64,000 bases of DNA from Malacoraja senta (lineage: Eukaryota). The position numbers and the translations under genes were made by a program. The stretch is taken from the NCBI GenBank assembly GCA_038087875.1, contig CM075997.1, positions 2,854,001 to 2,918,000 on the forward strand, read 5' to 3'. The notes under the pieces were generated by a model, which ran no database searches, was not told the DNA's origin, and saw only the letters and a list, made by a program, of their open reading frames with translations. Below, piece by piece: positions 56,861 to 64,000 of the stretch. Every line of letters begins with the position of its first letter. Positions within the stretch are counted from its first letter, which is position 1.

Positions 56861-59800
56861 GTTGTCATAAGGTTATAAGTAACATGAGCAGGATTAGGCC
56901 ATTCGGCCCATCAAGTCTACTCCGCCATTCAATCGTGGCTGATCTATCTCTCAATCCTAACCCCATTCTCCTTCTCCCCAATACCCAGCGGGTTAGCTCA
57001 GCGGGACAGCCACCATCTCTGGAGAGAAGGAATGGGCGACGGTTTAGGTTTAACTGTTACATACTGAGGTACAGTGAAAAGCTTTGCTTTACAATCTATC
57101 CACACAGCTTAGACATACCATACACAAATATCCCTTTAGGGGCAGTAATCTTGGATCAGCAAGTAACGAGTAACAATAGATTCTGGGAAGAGGAGTCCAA
57201 ATCTAGAGGGCAAAAGTTTAGGGCGAGAGGGGAAAGATTTAATAGGGACCTGAAGGGCAAGATATTTTCACACATGTGTATATGGAACCAGTGGCCAGAG
57301 GAAGTTGGAAATACAAGGCACTGCAGATGCTGGAAAGTTGATAAAAAATAAAGTGCTGGAGGAACTCAGCGGGTCAGGCAGCATGTGTGGAGGGAATGGA
57401 TAGACGGCATCTCGGGTCAGGACCCTTCTTCAGACTGACATGAGTAGGGGGATATACCGGAAGCAGGAAAAGGGATGTAGAGGTGGGTCACAGCCCGGGA
57501 AGTGATAGGTGGATACAGGTGAGGGAGGGATGCACTGCTCAATCTTAGTTTTAGTTTAGTCTAGTTAGAGATACAGCATGGAAATAGGCCATTCGGCCCA
57601 ACGAGCTCACACTGACCATCAATCACAGATTCACACTAGATTGATGTTATCCCATTTTCTCATCCATTCAATCATAGAAACATAGAAACATAGAAAATAG
57701 GTGCAGGAGTAGGCCATTCGGCCCTTCGAGCCTGCACCGCCATTCAATATGATCATGGCTGATCATCCAACTCAGTATCCTGTACCTGCCTTCTCTCCAT
57801 ACCCCCTGATCCCTTTAGCCACAAGGACCACATCTAACTCCCTCTTAAATATAGCCAATGAACTGGCCTCAACCACCCTCTGTGGCAGAGAATTCCACAG
57901 ATTCCTTATATGATCCATAGATCATGGCTGATCTATCTCTCCCGCCACGATTGAATGGCGGAGTAGACTCGATGGGCCGAACAGCCTAATTCTACTCCTA
58001 TGACTCACGATCTTATGATCTGACGAAGAGTCCTCTAGTTGAGTTTAACCTTTCTGCAACAACAAATGGCCCCAGCCCCAAGCCCGGCTCAGGCAAGCGT
58101 GGAACTCCTGGGCCATTATGAGGGAAGATTTATCATCCTACACGGAGCAAATGGCATTCACATGGTCCGCACCACTGCCTCGCTGGTGCCCGTGAGGAGC
58201 TCCCACCAGCTGCCTGGACTCCGGGCGACAGCGCAGTCCATAATGCCAGCAGTTAATCACTTCGGAAAGCAATTAATACCGAGGCTGGAAACAAAGGCCG
58301 AGGTGCCCGGCCCCCTACTGATGCCAATTTCTCATCCAATGCTGCTACACGTGAGTGCCGCCGCGCACACACACAGGCCACATGTCTGTAAACAGCCACT
58401 TAATGCTGTTATCAACCTACCACACCTAGAGAGCAGTCCTGAACTACTATCGACCGAAGATAGACACAAAATGCTGGAGTAACTCAGCGGGACAGGCAGC
58501 ATCTCTGGATAGAGTCTGAAGAAGGGTCTCGACCCGGAACGTCACCCATTCCTTCTCTCCAGAGATGCTGCCTGTCCCGCTGGCTGAGTTACTCCAGCTT
58601 TTGTGTGTCTATCTTCAGTTTAAACCAGCATCTGCAGTTCTTTCCAACACTACTAATAACCTCATTGGTGACCCTTGGAGTATCCTTGATCGGACTTCGC
58701 TGGCACTAAATCTGTACACTGTAAAGGACTCGATTGGAATCATGTATTGTCTTTCCGCTGACTGGATAGCACGCAACAAAAAGCTTTTCACTGAACCTCG
58801 GTACACGTGACAATAAACTAAACTGTAAACTGTAAGAGACTTGTAGGAAGGAACTGCAGCGCTGGTTTATACCGCTGGAGTAACTCAACGAGTCAAGCAG
58901 GATCTCTGTAGAAAAGGAACAGGTGATCTTTCAGTTCAGAACCCTATTTCAGACTGAGTTACTCCAGCACTTTGTGCTTTATTCAAGAGTCCTGCATGCT
59001 TACTTTCATAGACTGATGTACAAGGACCCCCACATCCCGTTGTACTTCCCCTTTTCCCAACTTTACGCCATTTAGATAATAATCTGCCTTCCTGTTTTTG
59101 CTACTAAAGTGGATAACCTCACATTTATCCGCATTAAACTTCATCTGCCATGCATCTGCCCACTCCTCCAACCTGTCCAAGTTACCCTGCATTCTCATAG
59201 CATCCTACTCACAGTTCACACTGCCACCCAGCTTTGTGTCATCTGCAAATTTGCTAATGTTACTTTGAATCCCTTCATCCAAATCATTGATGTATATTGT
59301 AAATATGCTAAACTGTAAACTGCAAGAAACCCGTAGGAAGGAACTGCAGGTGTTGGTTTATATCAAGAGTCCAGCATCTGCAGTTCCTCGTGTTCCCCTG
59401 TGTTCCTGGTGTGAACGGGTGATGGATGGTCGGCGTGGAGTCCGTGGGCCGAAGAACTTGTTTCCAGCTGTCTCTTACAATCAATCATTCACTTCATTAA
59501 TCAAAAACTCTTCCAAGATGAGAAGTTTTCTCCCTCTGTTTATGTCATAGATTCATGGTCTCATACAGTATGGAAACAGGCCCTGCGGCCCAACTTCCCC
59601 ACACCGACCAACATGTCCTATCTAAACTAGTCCCATTTTCCCGCGTTTGGCCCATATCCCTCTAAACCTGTCCTATCCATGTACCTGTCTAATTGCTTCT
59701 TAAACGTTGCGATAGTCCATGCCTCAACTACCTCCTCTGGCAGCTCGTTCCATACACCGCCACCCTTTATGTGGAAAAAGTTGCCCCTCAGATTCTTATA

Positions 59801-60189
59801 AAATCATTCCCCTTTCACCTTAAACCCATGCCCTCTGGTTGAGTGGTGGTGGTGATGTTGAGGGGGTGGGGGAGATAATTAATCCGTAAAACACAGATAA
59901 TAGAAAATTATAATAGACAATAGACAATAGATGCAGTAGGCCATTCGGCCCTTCGAGCCATTCAATGTGATCATGGCTGATCATCCCCAATCAGTACCCC
60001 GTTCCTGCCTTCTCCCCATATCCCCTGACTACGCTATCTTTAAGAGCCCTATCTAGCTCTCTCTTGAAAGTATCCAGAGAACCTGCCTCCACCGCCCTCT
60101 GAGGCAGAGAATTCCACAGACTCACCACTCTGTGAGAAAAAAGTGTTTCCTCGTCTCCGTTCTGAATGGCTCACCCCTTATTCTTAATC

Positions 60190-60895
60190 AAGGGGGAAGA
60201 GTGCGCCTAGCGGTGGAAGAGTTGGGAGGAGGGCGAACAGTGGCAGAGAGGGCTTCGGTGCATGTTTTAAGCGGCTGAATGCACTGCTAGACATTGTGTG
60301 AAGCTGCCAGGTAGCACATAGACCGTGCAGTGTTCTGGCCAAAGATTCCCAGCCCTGGCTGGTGGCACTTGCACCTCGCCGCGCCGGGCGCTTGGGGGCG
60401 CAGCGAACACCCTCTCTGTTGACTGCTCTCCAACTAATGGGCTACACACACACACCTCAAAGACATCAGTTAATGAGTAACTTCCCTCCAACAGTCGCAC
60501 GCTTGTATCCCACAGCTCCAGCCCCAGTGAGAGAGAGAGAGAGAGAAAGAGAGGGAGAGGGAGGGAGAGGGAGAGGGAGAGGGAGAGAGAGAGGGCTCTG
60601 CAGAGACAGGTACAGCTGTTTGTACCGAAACTGGGCAAAAAACTTTCCGACCTAACTTTGTGGACTGGTGCACTGACCCGGGAGAGTTGCTGGGATTTGG
60701 GAACTGGAGCCTTTGGAAACGGACAGTCAGACCCCAACCAAGCGCCCCTTCTCCCCGTCTCACCGCAGCTGAAACCTACTGGATCTCAAATCCTCCAAAC
60801 TTAAAGACAGCGTGGAATACAATTTGGAGCCAGGAGCCTACTCGCCTCATTCTCTGCCCCCACGTCGATCGATTAGTTTTATTGAAGGAAGGGAT
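60190..60895 (+). promoter_or_regulatory. FOXA promoter and 5'UTR region
   Basis: CpG-enriched unique sequence; HNF1-like GTTAATGAGTAAC 60469-60481; (GA)n 60529-60592; forkhead-like TGTTTGTAC 60617-60625. Confidence 0.55.
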
Positions 60896-60967
60896 ATGTT
60901 GGGTTCTGTGAAGATGGAATCACATGAAATCCCAGAGTGGACCAGTTTATATTCGGACCCTGGCGAG
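60896..60967 (+). CDS. FOXA3: Forkhead box A (HNF3) coding exon 1, probably FOXA3
   Basis: MLGSVKMESHEIPEWTSLYSDPGE|GTCAGT matches the conserved FOXA N-terminus and its short first exon; MLGSVKME and synteny favour FOXA3. Confidence 0.85.
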
Positions 60968-61454
60968 GTCAGTATAACGCTGACAGAACGAACATCTCTT
61001 GCAATCAGTGTGCAGACACTGGCTCGTTTTATTTTTGTTTGCTAAATGCTCTTGTTCCATTTTAAAAGTCTTTTCAGGGCGACGGTTCCAAAGAAGACGC
61101 GAGGTGTTGGTCTGTAAATGCGGGAATAGGCATCCTCTTTCCCGAAAGGGACTCTGTTTGTATGGGAGCTTGTGCTTTAGGCTTGCACTGTGTATGTGTA
61201 CCTTCCCGGTCGATACAAGACGGCAGACGTGGTGCTAAGTTGGAACAAACTCCCTCCAAGCGCCAGGTCCTCACCACGGTGGTTGCAGGCGCGCCGCTGT
61301 CCACTGAGATTAATTGTTTCACTTTCTGGGAAGTGTCGCTGGTTTGAAACGAAAAGTTAGTTGTGCAGCGATTGCTTCATTGGATTGTTGAATGCGTTCA
61401 GTTTGCAGTTGTGTCCACGCCGGAGTGAGTGACTGTTTATATCAGCGTGTCATT

Positions 61455-61635
61455 CTGTGTGTCTGTAATACTGTGTCTGTCTCTGTGTGTGTGTAATACT
61501 GTGTCAGTTTGTGTGTGTGTGTGTAATACTGTGTCAGTTTGTGTGTGTGTGTGTAATACTGTGTCAGTTTGTGTGTCTGTAATACTGTGTCAGTTTGTGT
61601 GTGTGTAATACTGTGTGTGTAACACCCTGTCAGTC

Positions 61636-61674
<39 letters not shown>

Positions 61675-61686
61675 AATACCCTGTCA

Positions 61687-61720
<34 letters not shown>

Positions 61721-61774
61721 AATACCCTGTCAGTCTGTGTGTGTGTGTGTGTGTGTGTGTAATACTGTGTCAGT

Positions 61775-61806
<32 letters not shown>

Positions 61807-61850
61807 CTGTGTCAGTCTGTGTGTGTGTGTGTGTGTGTAATACTGTGTCA

Positions 61851-61892
<42 letters not shown>

Positions 61893-61986
61893 CTGTGTCA
61901 GTCTGTATGTGTGTGTGTGTGTGTGTGTGTGTAATACCCTGTCAGTCTGTGTGTGTGTGTGTGTGTGTGTGTAATACTGTGTCAGT

Positions 61987-62018
<32 letters not shown>

Positions 62019-62026
62019 CTGTGTCA

Positions 62027-62062
<36 letters not shown>

Positions 62063-62108
62063 CTGTGTCAGTCTGTGTGTGTGTGTGTGTGTGTGTAATA
62101 CTGTGTCA

Positions 62109-62150
<42 letters not shown>

Positions 62151-62250
62151 CTGTGTCAGTCTGTGTGTGTGTGTGTGTGTGTGCGTGTGTGTGTGTGTAA
62201 TACTGTGTCAGTCTGTGTGTGTGTGTGTGTGTGTGTGTAATACTGTGTCA

Positions 62251-62292
<42 letters not shown>

Positions 62293-62300
62293 CTGTGTCA

Positions 62301-62344
<44 letters not shown>

Positions 62345-63344
62345 CTGTGTCAGTCTGTGTGTGTGTGTGCAATATTGTGTTGGTCTGTGTGTGTGTTTAC
62401 AAGTGTGTCGGTCTGTGTGTGTCTACAACAGTGTGTCAGTCTGTGTGCGTGTGTGTGTAATACTGTGTCAGTCTGTGTGCGTGTGCAACAGTGTGTCTGT
62501 GTGCAACGTGTGCAACAGTGTGTCAGTCTGTAGGTGTCTGCAATACTGTGACATAAGTTCATAAGTTTTAGGAGCAGAATTAGGCCATTCGGCCCATCAA
62601 GTCTACTCTGCCATTCAATCATGGATGATCTATCTTTCCCTCTCAAACCCATTCTCCTGCCTTCTCCCCATAACCCCTGACATCGGTACTCATTAAGAAT
62701 CTGTCAATCTCCCCCTAAAAAAATATCCATTGACTTAGTCTCCATATCCGTCTGTGGCAAAGAATTCCACAGATTCACCACCCTCTGACGAAATAAATTC
62801 CTCCTCATCTCCTCACCTTCTTTCTAAAGGTGTCAATCTATGTGCATGTGTGCGACAGTGTGTCAGTTTGTACGTGTGTGTCTGCAACAGTGTGTTGTTT
62901 ACTTTAGTTTATTGTCACGTGTAGCGAGGTACAGTGAAAAGCCGTTGTTGATAACCAGTTAGTGGAAGGATGATACATGATTACAATCGCGCTGCCCACA
63001 GTGTATGGATACATGATAAAGGGAATAACGTTTAGTGCAAGGTAAAGTCCCATTAAAGATAATCTGAGGGTCTCCAATGAGGTAGATGGGAGGTGAGGAC
63101 AGCTCTCTAGTTGTTAGTAGGATGTGAATTGTTGATAGACCATGTCTTGTGTGCGACTGCAACAATGTCAGTCTGTGTGTGTGTCTGCAATAGTGTGTCA
63201 GCCTGTGTGTGTGTGTGTGTGTGTGTCAATAAAAGTGTGTCAGTGTGTGTGTGACTAAAACAGTGTGTGTGTCTATAACAGCGTGTCAGTGTATGTGTGT
63301 GTCTGCAATAGTGTCAGCCTGTGTGTGTGTGTGGGTCTATAACA

Positions 63345-63401
<57 letters not shown>

Positions 63402-63656
63402 TATAACAGTGTGTCAGTCCGTGTGTGTGTGTGTGTCTATAACAGCGTGTCAGTGTATGTGTGTGTCTGCAATAGTGTCAGCCTGTGTGTGTGTGTGTGT
63501 CTATAACAACGTGTCAGTCTGTGTGTGTGTCTATAACAGTGTGTCAGTCCGTGTGTGTGTGTGTGTCTATACCAGTGTGTCAGTCTGTGTGTGTGTGTGT
63601 CTGTACCAACGTGTCAGTCTGTGTGTGTGTGTGTGTGTGTCTATACCAGTGTGTCA

Positions 63657-63725
<69 letters not shown>

Positions 63726-63848
63726 TATACCAGTGTGTCAGTCTGTGTGTGTGTGTGTCTATAACGTGTCAGTCTGTGTGTGTGTGTGTGTGTGTGTGTC
63801 TATACCAGTGTGTCAGTCTGTGTGTGTGTGTGTGTCTATAACGTGTCA

Positions 63849-63880
<32 letters not shown>

Positions 63881-64000
63881 CTATACCAGTGTGTCAGTCT
63901 GTGTGTGTGTGTGTGTGTGTGTCTATACCAGTGTGTCAGTCCGTGTGTGTGTGTGTGTGTCTATACCAGTGTGTGTGTGTGTGTGTGTATGTGTGTGTCT
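61455..64000. repeat. Compound (GT)n minisatellite with AATACTGTGTCAGTCT / CTATACCAGTGTGTCAGTCT anchors, in FOXA intron 1
   Basis: Directly visible; interrupted at about 62550-63140 by CR1 and Rex fragments. Confidence 0.95.

Noticed and set aside
61455..64000. CRISPR-like repeat-spacer look and VCVC ORFs
   Set aside because: The spacers are only (GT)n, the context is eukaryotic, and there are no cas genes.

Overview
This is vertebrate genomic DNA. The repeat content (HE1-type V-SINEs, CR1/HER1, L2, Rex1, RTE, Penelope-derived short repeats) points to a cartilaginous fish, probably a skate or ray; that assignment is inferred. Two 200-N scaffold gaps split the window into three contigs. The genes match the DM1-neighbourhood synteny block: the last two exons of an acidic C-terminus (probably SYMPK, by synteny only), RSPH4A/6A-like exon 1 with an RFX X-box promoter, DMWD exons 1-2 on the minus strand behind a 1.3-kb GC-rich 27-bp VNTR, and FOXA(3) exon 1. 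There is also a two-exon 85-aa ORF that I cannot assign. Three observations stand out. (1) A 136-bp retroposon with a 12-bp TSD whose 5' 54 nt fold as a minimal HDV-like ribozyme with a CPEB3-type L3 loop, starting exactly at the predicted cleavage site. It lies in sense in the intron of the unassigned gene, and a second copy is at about 8.4 kb. (2) Numerous Penelope-type short repeats carrying minimal type I hammerhead ribozyme cores, often with 12-15 bp TSDs and in inverted pairs. (3) A locally amplified graveyard of highly diverged histone H3-like remnants, with possible H4-like pieces, a histone-type promoter and 3' stem-loops, at 24-38 kb. All homology calls come from reading by eye; no searches were run.
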